A DNA stretch of 33,335 nt from an uncultured Clostridia bacterium (lineage in GTDB: Bacteria > Bacillota > Clostridia > Oscillospirales > CAG-272): NCBI GenBank assembly GCA_945936265.1, contig CAMETB010000001.1, forward strand, positions 1-33,335, written 5' to 3'. Position 1 is the stretch's first letter. Each line of letters starts with the position of its first letter. The position numbers and the translations under genes are program-made. The notes under the pieces are model-generated. The model did no database searches. It saw only the letters and a program-made list of their open reading frames with translations, and was not told the origin of the DNA. Of the stretch, positions 25,835-32,819 are shown piece after piece.

Positions 25835-27712
25835 TCATTCCCACTCGACGGTGGCGGGAGGTTTACCCGTTACGTCGTAGAGGACGAGAGATATTTTATC
25901 TCCGAAGTTATCCATTATCTCTTTGGTTGCGGCTTTGAGTTCGTCTATCGGGAAATCGACGCCCGGCATTGCGCTGCGCGCGGTCATAAAGTCGCTTGTG
26001 CATACGGCTCTCATTGCTACAGAGAAACGTTTGCCCTCGTCGCAGGAGATGGGCAGCAAAACTGCGAAGCACTGAGCAGTCTTTTTGTTCATCAGGTGCT
26101 TTGTCACTATGGCGTCAAGTTCTCTTAAAAGTTCGGCGTTTTCGTGATTTATGTGCATAGGGGTGCAAAAAGTTGCTCCCTGCATTTCGTTCTTATTGGT
26201 ACAGTAGGTGACTCTGTTTATATAGTCAAGTTTATTCGGAATAAGTTTTGCAAGCGAATAAAGATTTTCAAAATCGCAGTCAAGAGCATCCTTGCCCTTT
26301 ACGTTGTTATAGAGTATAGCCATACTTCTGTACGAACGGTTATCGCCCTGAACGCCTACCGAACGGATAGGCGCTATATCGCTGTCGTACGGATAACCCG
26401 ACACAACCTCGTCAAGTTTGTTTATCTTGTCCGCATCGTTAAAAGTGCCTATATAGTCCGTACATATCATACGGACGCCAAGCCCGGGTCCGGGGAACGG
26501 CTGGCGGGACGCTATTTCCTCGTCAAGACCGAGCATCCTTGCAACTTGCCTTACCTCGTCCTTGTGCCAATCCCAGTTGGTTTCTATGACATGGCCTTTA
26601 TCCCTTAAAGTCCTTATTACTCCGACGTCGTTATGATGCGTTTTTATCTTGTTTGCATATCCGCTGACGTCGGGGTTGCCCGATTCTATAAGGTCGGGGC
26701 GCAAAGTTCCCTGGGCGAGAAATGCGGTATCGAAATCGAGATTGAGTTTTTTTGCCGCCTCCTCAGTGACAACGAAGAACATATGGCCTATTATCGCTCT
26801 TTTTTTCTCCGGCTCACAGGTTTGACAAAGCGGCTTATACTCCACTCCGTCAATTGTTAAGGGTGTGTTGAAAAACTCGTCCTCGGCGTTTATCCTTTGC
26901 ATATTTACAAGTCCGAGTTTTGCGAGATTTTCGCATATAAGATCGCTCTCGTTCTTTCTCATCATACCGTGGTCAATATGAATACCGTAAACCTGATCGG
27001 GACGGAGCGCCTTTGTAAGAAGTGCCGCGGTAACTGCCGAGTCAACGCCACCGGATACCAGAACGACGACTTTGCCGTTTTCGCCGACGCGCTCTCTTAT
27101 CATTCTTACCGACGTTTCTATTCTGTCCTCAAGGGCATATACCTCTTTCAGCGCGCAGACCTTGCGAAGAAAGTTTTCAAATATTTTCATTCCGTTTACC
27201 GTCGGCTCAACCTCGGGATGAAACTGAACGCCTGTTATCTTCTTTTCTCCATTCCATATTCCCGCAACGACGCCCTCGGTGGAAGCGACAACCCGGAAGC
27301 CGTCTGCAACCTTGGCAACCGCATCTCCGTGGGACATGAGAACGTATTCCTTGTCAGAGAGCCCGTCAAATACGGGGCAGGTATTGTCGATATCTATGAG
27401 TATCTGACCGTACTCCGTCTTTACCCCGGGTTTTACCACTCCTCCGAAGTACTCATTGATAAGTTGCATACCGTAACATATCCCGAGCATCGGCTTGCCG
27501 AGAGAAAATATCCTTTTATCGTATTTCGGCGCTCCGTCGCTCCACACGCTTGACGGACCTCCGCTGAGTATTATGGCGTTGTGATCCTTTATTTTATCGG
27601 GATCGACTCCGAGCGGAAATATATCCGTGTATACGCCGAGTTCCCTCACCTTGCGGTCTATAACCTTTGTGTACTGTCCGCCGCAATCAAGTATTGCAAC
27701 CTTTTCTGTCAT
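25835..27712 (-). CDS. guaA: Glutamine-hydrolysing GMP synthase, long (eukaryote-like) form
   Basis: The GATase domain has ILDCGGQYTKVIDRKVRELGV, GICYGMQ and QFHPEV. The ATP-PPase P-loop is VLVSGGVDSAV. Later motifs are AQGTLRPDLIES, IKTHHND and VGVQGDNRSY. The C-terminus is YDVTGKPPATVEWE. At 625 aa it is about 100 aa longer than the usual bacterial enzyme. Confidence 0.9.
   Translation of the reverse strand: MTEKVAILDCGGQYTKVIDRKVRELGVYTDIFPLGVDPDKIKDHNAIILSGGPSSVWSDGAPKYDKRIFSLGKPMLGICYGMQLINEYFGGVVKPGVKTEYGQILIDIDNTCPVFDGLSDKEYVLMSHGDAVAKVADGFRVVASTEGVVAGIWNGEKKITGVQFHPEVEPTVNGMKIFENFLRKVCALKEVYALEDRIETSVRMIRERVGENGKVVVLVSGGVDSAVTAALLTKALRPDQVYGIHIDHGMMRKNESDLICENLAKLGLVNMQRINAEDEFFNTPLTIDGVEYKPLCQTCEPEKKRAIIGHMFFVVTEEAAKKLNLDFDTAFLAQGTLRPDLIESGNPDVSGYANKIKTHHNDVGVIRTLRDKGHVIETNWDWHKDEVRQVARMLGLDEEIASRQPFPGPGLGVRMICTDYIGTFNDADKINKLDEVVSGYPYDSDIAPIRSVGVQGDNRSYRSMAILYNNVKGKDALDCDFENLYSLAKLIPNKLDYINRVTYCTNKNEMQGATFCTPMHINHENAELLRELDAIVTKHLMNKKTAQCFAVLLPISCDEGKRFSVAMRAVCTSDFMTARSAMPGVDFPIDELKAATKEIMDNFGDKISLVLYDVTGKPPATVEWE
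25887..25912. repeat. Direct repeat copy 2 (26-nt exact match to 13783-13808), inside the guaA 3' end
   Basis: The same 26-mer, AGAGATATTTTATCTCCGAAGTTATC, encodes DNFGDKIS of the intact guaA. Confidence 0.9.
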
Positions 27713-27743
27713 AAAAATTCCTCCGGAAAATTTCGTTTATCAC

Positions 27744-27772
27744 ATTCTATCATAAATAGTCGTTAATATCAA
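27744..27772 (-). promoter_or_regulatory. guaA promoter
   Basis: The minus strand reads TTGATA - 17 nt - TAGAAT with a TGn extended -10. The leader is short and ends in GGAGG before the ATG. Confidence 0.5.
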
Positions 27773-27806
27773 TATTATTTTTTATTTTGTCGCCATTATT
27801 TTGGCG

Positions 27807-27835
27807 TTGACAATCGTTTTCAATGTGATTATAAT
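27807..27835 (+). promoter_or_regulatory. glmS promoter
   Basis: TTGACA - 17 nt - TATAAT, a perfect consensus, divergent from the guaA promoter. Confidence 0.65.
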
Positions 27836-27889
27836 AGTAGTGTCGGAGTAAACACGGAGGACTTACTTTTGACATGCCGTGGCTATGGA

Positions 27890-28037
27890 GATAGCAAGCG
27901 CCGGGACCAAAATCCACACATGGTTGACGAGGAGAAGGTTTATCGAAAGATTCGGCGGATACCTTCCGTTTTGTGCAGGCGAAATTTCGGCTTAAAAAAT
28001 TCGGGTAATCGGATAACAAAGAGCCGAAAAGCACATA
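27890..28037 (+). ncRNA. glmS ribozyme (GlcN6P-dependent self-cleaving riboswitch)
   Basis: The conserved core reads A|GCGCCGGGACC...GACGAGGAGAAGGTTTATCGAAAGATTCGGCGGATACCTTCC...GTGCAGGCGAAATTTCGGC...GAGCCGAAAAGCAC. This matches the Bacillus/Thermoanaerobacter glmS ribozyme core as I remember it. It sits in the 5' UTR of glmS. The predicted cleavage site is between A27897 and G27898. Boundaries are approximate. Confidence 0.85.
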
Positions 28038-28151
28038 AAATGAAATCAGACTTCGGGAAGTCTTTTGGGCTGCCTTTTTTCTCTTTATTCTGAAAACGGG
28101 CGGGTATGTGTATGTAAATTCAAAAAGGCTCCCATAACGAAAGGAAAAAAT

Positions 28152-29975
28152 ATGTGTGGAATAGTTGGTTACGCAGGCAACAATGAAGCGGTGCCTGTTT
28201 TGCTTGACGGTCTTTCAAAACTCGAATACAGAGGATATGACTCCGCAGGGGTTTGCATATCGGGAAAAGACGGCATTGTAGTAAAAAAATCAAAAGGCAG
28301 GCTCTCATCCCTTGCGGAAAAGATTAAAAGCGAAGGCGGAACAGAGGGCAAAGTAGGGATAGGTCATACGAGATGGGCGACACACGGTGCGCCGTCGGAC
28401 ATAAATTCACATCCCCACAGGTACGGAAAAGTTACAGTTGTACATAACGGAATAATAGAAAATTATGCAGAGTTGCGTTCTTCCCTTACAAAACTCGGGG
28501 AAAAGTTTTCCTCGGAAACCGACACCGAAGTTGTAGCGCATCTTATAAACAAATATTACATCGACGATCCGATAAGCGCCATAGCCTGCGCCTGCGGAAG
28601 AATAAAGGGCTCTTACGCTCTCGGTATCATTTTTGACGATATACCGGATAAAATATATGCTACAAGATGTGATTCTCCGCTTATTGTCGGCATAGGAGAC
28701 GGCGAAAACTACATAGCGTCGGATATTCCTGCAATACTCGGGAGGACGAGAAATTACTATCTTATCGAGGAGGGCGAAATTGCCGAAATATCGAAAGATG
28801 GGATAAGGGTATGCAATTTTGACGGAATCCCTGTAACAAAAGAGGTACAGACGGCAGAGTGGGATATAGAGGCTGCCGAAAAAGGCGGGTACGAGCATTT
28901 TATGCTTAAAGAAATCCACGAGCAACCGAAAACAATAAAAGCGACGGTTGACCCGCGTATGATAAACTCCGTTGAAGGCATCTTAAAAGACGAAATTATC
29001 GACACTTCCTCTATAAAAAGAATAAAAATAGTCGCTTGCGGAAGTGCTATGCACGCAGGTCTGCTCGGTAAAAATGCAATAGAGCGTCTTGCAAGGATAC
29101 CCGTTGACGTGTATATAGCCTCCGAATTTCGCTATTGCAACCCCATTTTTGAAGAGGGGAGTATCGTAATTATAATATCGCAATCGGGTGAAACCGCGGA
29201 TTCTCTCTCGTCTTTGCGGCTTGCAAAGAAGAAAGGAATACCGACTTATGCGATAGTAAACGTTGTCGGCTCTTCGATAGCGCGTGAGGCGGATCATGTA
29301 ATATACACGTGGGCAGGTCCCGAAATCGCCGTCGCGACAACAAAGGCATATACGGCTCAGGTTGCCGTTTTGTATCTTCTTGCTTTAAGGTTGGCAAACG
29401 ACAAGAGAACCATAAATAAGGACGAGGCAGTGTCGATATTCAATGCTTTTTCATCTCTGCCGGATCATATAGAAAAGACATTTTCATACACAGAGAGAAT
29501 GCAGAAATTAGCCTCGCTTAACTCAAACATAAACAATCTTTTCTTTATAGGCAGAGGTCAGGACTATTCTCTTTGCCATGAAGGTTCTCTTAAACTAAAA
29601 GAAATTTCATATATACATTCCGAGGCGTATGCGGCGGGAGAACTTAAGCACGGAACGATTTCTCTTATAACCGACGGAGTGCCGGTAATTGCCGTTATAA
29701 CGGAAAAGGATGTTGCGGAAAAGACCATCTCAAACATAAAAGAGGTAAAAACGAGGGGCGCGTTTGTCATTTTAATTGCCGACAGAAATTGCGTTGACGA
29801 AAAAAACGTTTCCGACATATGTGACGAACTTATCCTGCTTGACAGTACCGCTCCGCTCCTTATGCCGATAATCTGTGCGGTGCTTTTGCAACTGTACGCA
29901 TACTACACAGCCGTTTACAGAGGTTGCGATGTTGACAAACCGAGAAATCTCGCAAAGAGCGTTACAGTCGAATAA
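28152..29975 (+). CDS. glmS: Glutamine--fructose-6-phosphate aminotransferase (isomerising)
   Basis: The true start is MCGIVGYAG (ATG 28152, with the N-terminal nucleophile Cys2), preceded by AAAGGA. Two SIS domains are present (SQSGETADS) and the C-terminus is KPRNLAKSVTVE. The track's upstream extension from 28065 has no homology value. Confidence 0.92.
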   Translation: MCGIVGYAGNNEAVPVLLDGLSKLEYRGYDSAGVCISGKDGIVVKKSKGRLSSLAEKIKSEGGTEGKVGIGHTRWATHGAPSDINSHPHRYGKVTVVHNGIIENYAELRSSLTKLGEKFSSETDTEVVAHLINKYYIDDPISAIACACGRIKGSYALGIIFDDIPDKIYATRCDSPLIVGIGDGENYIASDIPAILGRTRNYYLIEEGEIAEISKDGIRVCNFDGIPVTKEVQTAEWDIEAAEKGGYEHFMLKEIHEQPKTIKATVDPRMINSVEGILKDEIIDTSSIKRIKIVACGSAMHAGLLGKNAIERLARIPVDVYIASEFRYCNPIFEEGSIVIIISQSGETADSLSSLRLAKKKGIPTYAIVNVVGSSIAREADHVIYTWAGPEIAVATTKAYTAQVAVLYLLALRLANDKRTINKDEAVSIFNAFSSLPDHIEKTFSYTERMQKLASLNSNINNLFFIGRGQDYSLCHEGSLKLKEISYIHSEAYAAGELKHGTISLITDGVPVIAVITEKDVAEKTISNIKEVKTRGAFVILIADRNCVDEKNVSDICDELILLDSTAPLLMPIICAVLLQLYAYYTAVYRGCDVDKPRNLAKSVTVE

Positions 29976-29990
29976 ATTTTGAAAAATATA

Positions 29991-30019
29991 TTGACAAATC
30001 CGATATACAGTGATACAAT
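29991..30019 (+). promoter_or_regulatory. Promoter of the FMN riboswitch-ribU unit
   Basis: TTGACA - 17 nt - TACAAT, starting 16 nt after the glmS stop. Confidence 0.6.
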
Positions 30020-30029
30020 CAATGAAAAT

Positions 30030-30142
30030 CGAATAATCTTCGGGGCAGGGTGTAATTCCCGATCGGCGGTAAAGTCCGCGAGCATTTGGCAGATCCGGTG
30101 TGATTCCGGAACCGGCAGTAAAGTCTGAATGAAAGAAGATAA
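30030..30142 (+). promoter_or_regulatory. FMN riboswitch (RFN element)
   Basis: The sequence is ATCTTCGGGGCAGGGTGTAATTCCCGATCGGCGGTAAAGTCCGCGAGC...GATCCGGTGTGATTCCGGAACCGGCAGTAAAGTCTGAATGAAAGAAGAT. This matches the conserved RFN core, with P1 closed by TCTTC/GAAGA. It lies upstream of a riboflavin-transporter gene. Confidence 0.9.
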
Positions 30143-30169
30143 AAAATTCGCTAAAAAGCGTATTTTCTG

Positions 30170-30198
30170 TCACCCGAATTTTTTCGGGTGATTTTTTT
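30170..30198 (+). terminator. Riboswitch expression-platform terminator
   Basis: CACCCGAA-TTTT-TTCGGGTG is followed by ATTTTTTT. Confidence 0.85.
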
Positions 30199-30265
30199 GT
30201 GAGATAAGAATAAAAATAAAACGGACGCGCCGCGTCCCTTGTAAAAACTTATACGAGGTGATTTT

Positions 30266-31012
30266 ATGAACGAAAAAATAAAAAAGGTTTCGGTGCTCGG
30301 TATGTTTGCCGCGCTTGCCTACGTCTTTGTTCTTGTCGGCAGAATACCTATATCGAGCGTTGAGTTCCTTAAATACGACCCCAAGGATATAATAGTGGCA
30401 ATATGTGGCTTTATTATGGGCCCCGTGTCTGCTCTTATAGTCACCGTTATAACCTCTTTTCTCGAAATGTTGACGATAAGTACTACCGGTTTTATCGGAC
30501 TTGTAATGAACATTATATCTACCGCGTCGTTTGACTGCACCGCCGCCTTTATATATAAAAAGAAAAAAACACTCTCCGGTGCGGTTATCGGACTTATAGC
30601 GGGCGCACTTTCAATGACGGTTCTCATGATCATATGGAATTACCTTATAACTCCGATATACATGGGTTATCCGAGAGAGGCGGTGGCAGATATGCTCGCG
30701 CCCGTATTTCTTCCGTTCAATCTTATAAAAAGCGGTCTTAACGCTTCGTTTACCATGCTTCTTTACAAACCCGTTGTAACTGCTATGAGAAAAGCGCACA
30801 TAATAAGCGATATTCCCGTGCGTGAAAAAGAAATTTCAGCGTCTGACGGTGAGATTAAAGAAATCGGAGAAATCAATGCGGGAAAAATCGGAGTATCAAA
30901 CGAGGAAAGCCGTCCATATCACCTCAAAATAAATGTCTGGACAGTTGTTATCTCCCTCTTTATAATCACAATTTGTGTTCTCTGGGTTCTCGCCATTAAG
31001 AAGATCATATAA
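30266..31012 (+). CDS. ribU: ECF-transporter S component, riboflavin-specific (RibU-like), with a C-terminal extension
   Basis: The core is small and hydrophobic with 5-6 helices (VLGMFAALAYVFVLVGRIP..., FLPFNLIKSGLNA). It is directly controlled by the FMN riboswitch. The last ~70 aa add a charged linker and one more helix (VWTVVISLFIITICVLWVLAI). Confidence 0.8.
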   Translation: MNEKIKKVSVLGMFAALAYVFVLVGRIPISSVEFLKYDPKDIIVAICGFIMGPVSALIVTVITSFLEMLTISTTGFIGLVMNIISTASFDCTAAFIYKKKKTLSGAVIGLIAGALSMTVLMIIWNYLITPIYMGYPREAVADMLAPVFLPFNLIKSGLNASFTMLLYKPVVTAMRKAHIISDIPVREKEISASDGEIKEIGEINAGKIGVSNEESRPYHLKINVWTVVISLFIITICVLWVLAIKKII

Positions 31013-31017
31013 AATAA

Positions 31018-31060
31018 GCCCGAATGTGTCGGAATTGGACCGTTCGGGCATTTTATTATT
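31018..31060. terminator. Bidirectional terminator between the convergent ribU and Cys-rich gene
   Basis: GCCCGAA...TTCGGGC forms a 7-bp stem with an 18-nt loop. It is followed by ATTTTATTATTTTT. Confidence 0.55.
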
Positions 31061-31769
31061 TTTCGTCGGAATCCGAGCCGGAGAGAAACTTTATCGCGCG
31101 GTATATGGCATCCTTCGAGTCGTACCATGGCTCGCTCTCGTAGCGATAATCAAATTTTTTACAAAACCACGACACATCGTCCTTGATTTTTGCAAGGTAA
31201 GCGTTTTCGACCGAGGATATATCATCGTAAAAATCATTGAATTTGCGCCTGTCAAGTTTGTCCTTGGCAAAAGAGAGGAACCTCGTGTAGTGCGGCAGGC
31301 AAAAATACGGTTGCTTCCTTAGTTTATCCTTAAAATCTCCCGAGGTTTCCCAAAGGAGCACGGCGGTTTCTATCATCTTTGGAAAATAGAGTTCTATCCT
31401 GTCGCATATATAGCAACTTTCCGACACTGCTCCCGCCTTTTTTAGCGCGTTGTTCCCTTTTGTTCCCGTTACCGAGTTTAAAAAATTGCCCTTTAATTTA
31501 TCTTTAAGTACGTCAAGATGGCTCTCTAATATAAGTGCGAGGGAGAGTTTGTTTTCACAATTCGTCATCATAGAAAAATGCTTTTTGCAAAAACCTTTTT
31601 CGTTCGTTTCTATTCTGACGGAGGGCTCCATCATTGAAGCGCCCGTTATCATTTCAACCTCGTTGGCTTCAAGTTTGTTGAATATCGTGCAAAACGGGCA
31701 GCCGCATTTTGGGTCGGCTATGCTCTTGTCAAACGATTCGTTTACGGGTATTGTATAAATTTGTTCCAT
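31056..31769 (-). CDS. Cys-rich hypothetical protein (putative metal-binding)
   Basis: Clustered Cys/His motifs are CGCPFC, FCKKH, CYICD and FCLPHY. I cannot securely assign a family. I prefer the start at MEQIYTIP (ATG 31769) because AAGGAG lies 6 nt upstream. The track's ATG at 31802 lies inside the -10 box of its own promoter. Confidence 0.6.
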   Translation of the reverse strand: MEQIYTIPVNESFDKSIADPKCGCPFCTIFNKLEANEVEMITGASMMEPSVRIETNEKGFCKKHFSMMTNCENKLSLALILESHLDVLKDKLKGNFLNSVTGTKGNNALKKAGAVSESCYICDRIELYFPKMIETAVLLWETSGDFKDKLRKQPYFCLPHYTRFLSFAKDKLDRRKFNDFYDDISSVENAYLAKIKDDVSWFCKKFDYRYESEPWYDSKDAIYRAIKFLSGSDSDEK

Positions 31770-31787
31770 ATAACGCTCCTTTTCCTC

Positions 31788-31829
31788 TTGATTTATTTCC
31801 ATTATAAGATTATAATTGAATTATTGCAA
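31788..31829. promoter_or_regulatory. Two fully overlapping divergent promoters (ogg on +, Cys-rich gene on -)
   Basis: The + strand reads TTGATT (31788) - 17 nt - TATAAT (31811). The - strand reads TTGCAA (31829-31824) - 17 nt - TATAAT (31806-31801). Confidence 0.55.
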
Positions 31830-31855
31830 GACTTTTTGTCGAAAACGAGGATATT

Positions 31856-32740
31856 ATGGAGAAAATAAGTGCTTTTACAACTGAAAGCGGCATAGACGCA
31901 GTAAAATTGACAGATATTCCGAAACTCAATATTTTCAAGACGTTTGACTGCGGTCAATGTTTTCGGTTTGACCCTGTTTCAATGTTTGGGGGAAAATATG
32001 AGTTTGGCGGCGTTGCATACGGAAAATACGTCGTATTCTCTCAAAATAGCGACACAGAACTGGCAATTTACGGCTCCACGGTGGAAGAATACGAGAAAAT
32101 ATGGCGTCGTTTTCTTGCTTTTGACGTTGATTACGGCAAAATAAACCGCGATATATGCTCCGCCGTTTCGTCAAGTGATATGAAAACGGCGGTAGAATAT
32201 GGGGACGGTATCAGAATTTTAAGGCAGGACGGCTGGGAATGCATATGCTCCTTTATAATCTCGCAGAACAACAATATTCCGAGAATTAAAAAAATAGTAT
32301 CATCAATGTGTGAAAAATACGGTGATAAAAAATCGTTTTCGGGAAATGATTATTACACTTTTCCGACACCCCGTCGCCTTTTTGACGCAGGAGAGGATGA
32401 AATATTCGCTCTTAAAACAGGATTCCGCGCAAAGTACATATACGACGCATGCCGTCTTATATTAAGCGGTGATTTGGACCTTGATTACATAAGAAGCGAA
32501 AACGATTTTCAGAAATGCCTCGAATACCTGTGTAAGATAAAAGGCATAGGGCCGAAGGTGGCAAGTTGCGCACTTTTGTTCGGATTTGAAAAAACCGAGG
32601 CTTTTCCTATTGACGTGTGGATGAAGCGCGCCCTTGCAAAGTATTTTCCGTCGGGCATTGATCTTCCTGCCCTTGGCAAAAACGCAGGCATTGCGCAGCA
32701 ATATCTCTTTTATTATGAAAAATACCGTGCGGACACTTGA
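31856..32740 (+). CDS. ogg: 8-oxoguanine DNA glycosylase / HhH-GPD family N-glycosylase-lyase
   Basis: It has the OGG N-terminal motif FDCGQCFRF and the HhH-GPD region IKGIGPKVASCALLFGFEKTEAFPIDVWMKR. Its 294 aa length matches clostridial Ogg. Confidence 0.8.
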   Translation: MEKISAFTTESGIDAVKLTDIPKLNIFKTFDCGQCFRFDPVSMFGGKYEFGGVAYGKYVVFSQNSDTELAIYGSTVEEYEKIWRRFLAFDVDYGKINRDICSAVSSSDMKTAVEYGDGIRILRQDGWECICSFIISQNNNIPRIKKIVSSMCEKYGDKKSFSGNDYYTFPTPRRLFDAGEDEIFALKTGFRAKYIYDACRLILSGDLDLDYIRSENDFQKCLEYLCKIKGIGPKVASCALLFGFEKTEAFPIDVWMKRALAKYFPSGIDLPALGKNAGIAQQYLFYYEKYRADT

Positions 32741-32765
32741 TTATTTTTTATTTTGGTTGTATAAT
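32737..32765 (+). promoter_or_regulatory. Promoter upstream of kdgK
   Basis: TTGATT - 17 nt - TATAAT. The -35 box overlaps the ogg stop codon. Confidence 0.45.
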
Positions 32766-32819
32766 TTTATTGGTGAGAGTATTTGACCCGAAATATTAAG
32801 ATAAAAAGAAGGTAATTTT

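Noticed and set aside
13809-25886. I searched the island for integrase, transposase or other mobility ORFs, and for tRNA genes at its ends.
   Set aside because: Every ORF of meaningful length is accounted for by glycopolymer enzymes. No recombinase-like motifs or tRNA-like sequences were seen, so I do not call a mobile_element feature.
26897-27553. A 218 aa ORF on the + strand inside guaA. Similar antisense ORFs occur at 391-882, 1526-1912, 3522-3875, 5147-5497, 7101-7523, 7982-8395, 10171-10485, 15812-16111, 18697-19023, 19731-20066, 20860-21240, 21429-21818, 22673-23026, 23657-24061, 25763-26128, 26144-26608, 28407-28925 and 30319-30633.
   Set aside because: Each lies entirely opposite a longer ORF that has unmistakable family motifs. 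Their translations are low-complexity or Arg/Ser/Leu-rich and lack ribosome-binding sites. They are shadow ORFs.
27713-27806. I looked for a purine/guanine riboswitch upstream of guaA.
   Set aside because: The predicted promoter leaves only a ~30-nt leader ending in GGAGG. There is no room for, and no sequence of, a three-way-junction aptamer.
27750-28034. A 94 aa minus-strand ORF spanning the guaA/glmS intergenic region.
   Set aside because: It overlaps both promoters and the glmS ribozyme on the opposite strand. There is no ribosome-binding site and no recognisable motif.
28065-28151. The N-terminal extension of the glmS ORF in the track (MGCLFSLYSENGRVCVCKF...).
   Set aside because: GlmS must begin Met-Cys, because Cys is the N-terminal nucleophile. 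MCGIVGY at 28152 has its own ribosome-binding site. The extension overlaps leader RNA downstream of the ribozyme.
29772-30173. A 133 aa minus-strand ORF covering the glmS 3' end and the FMN riboswitch.
   Set aside because: The region is explained by glmS, a promoter and the RFN element on the + strand. This is a shadow ORF.
30223-30237. I considered the GC-rich palindrome GGACGCGCCGCGTCC as a second regulatory element or REP-like repeat.
   Set aside because: There is a single copy in the window. The loop is too small for the full stem, and the palindrome does not overlap the ribosome-binding site. It is noted under the ribU finding but is not called as a feature.
31770-31802. The longer start of the Cys-rich ORF (MEINQEEKERY...).
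   Set aside because: That ATG sits inside the -10 hexamer region of the gene's own predicted promoter. The internal ATG at 31769 has AAGGAG 6 nt upstream.
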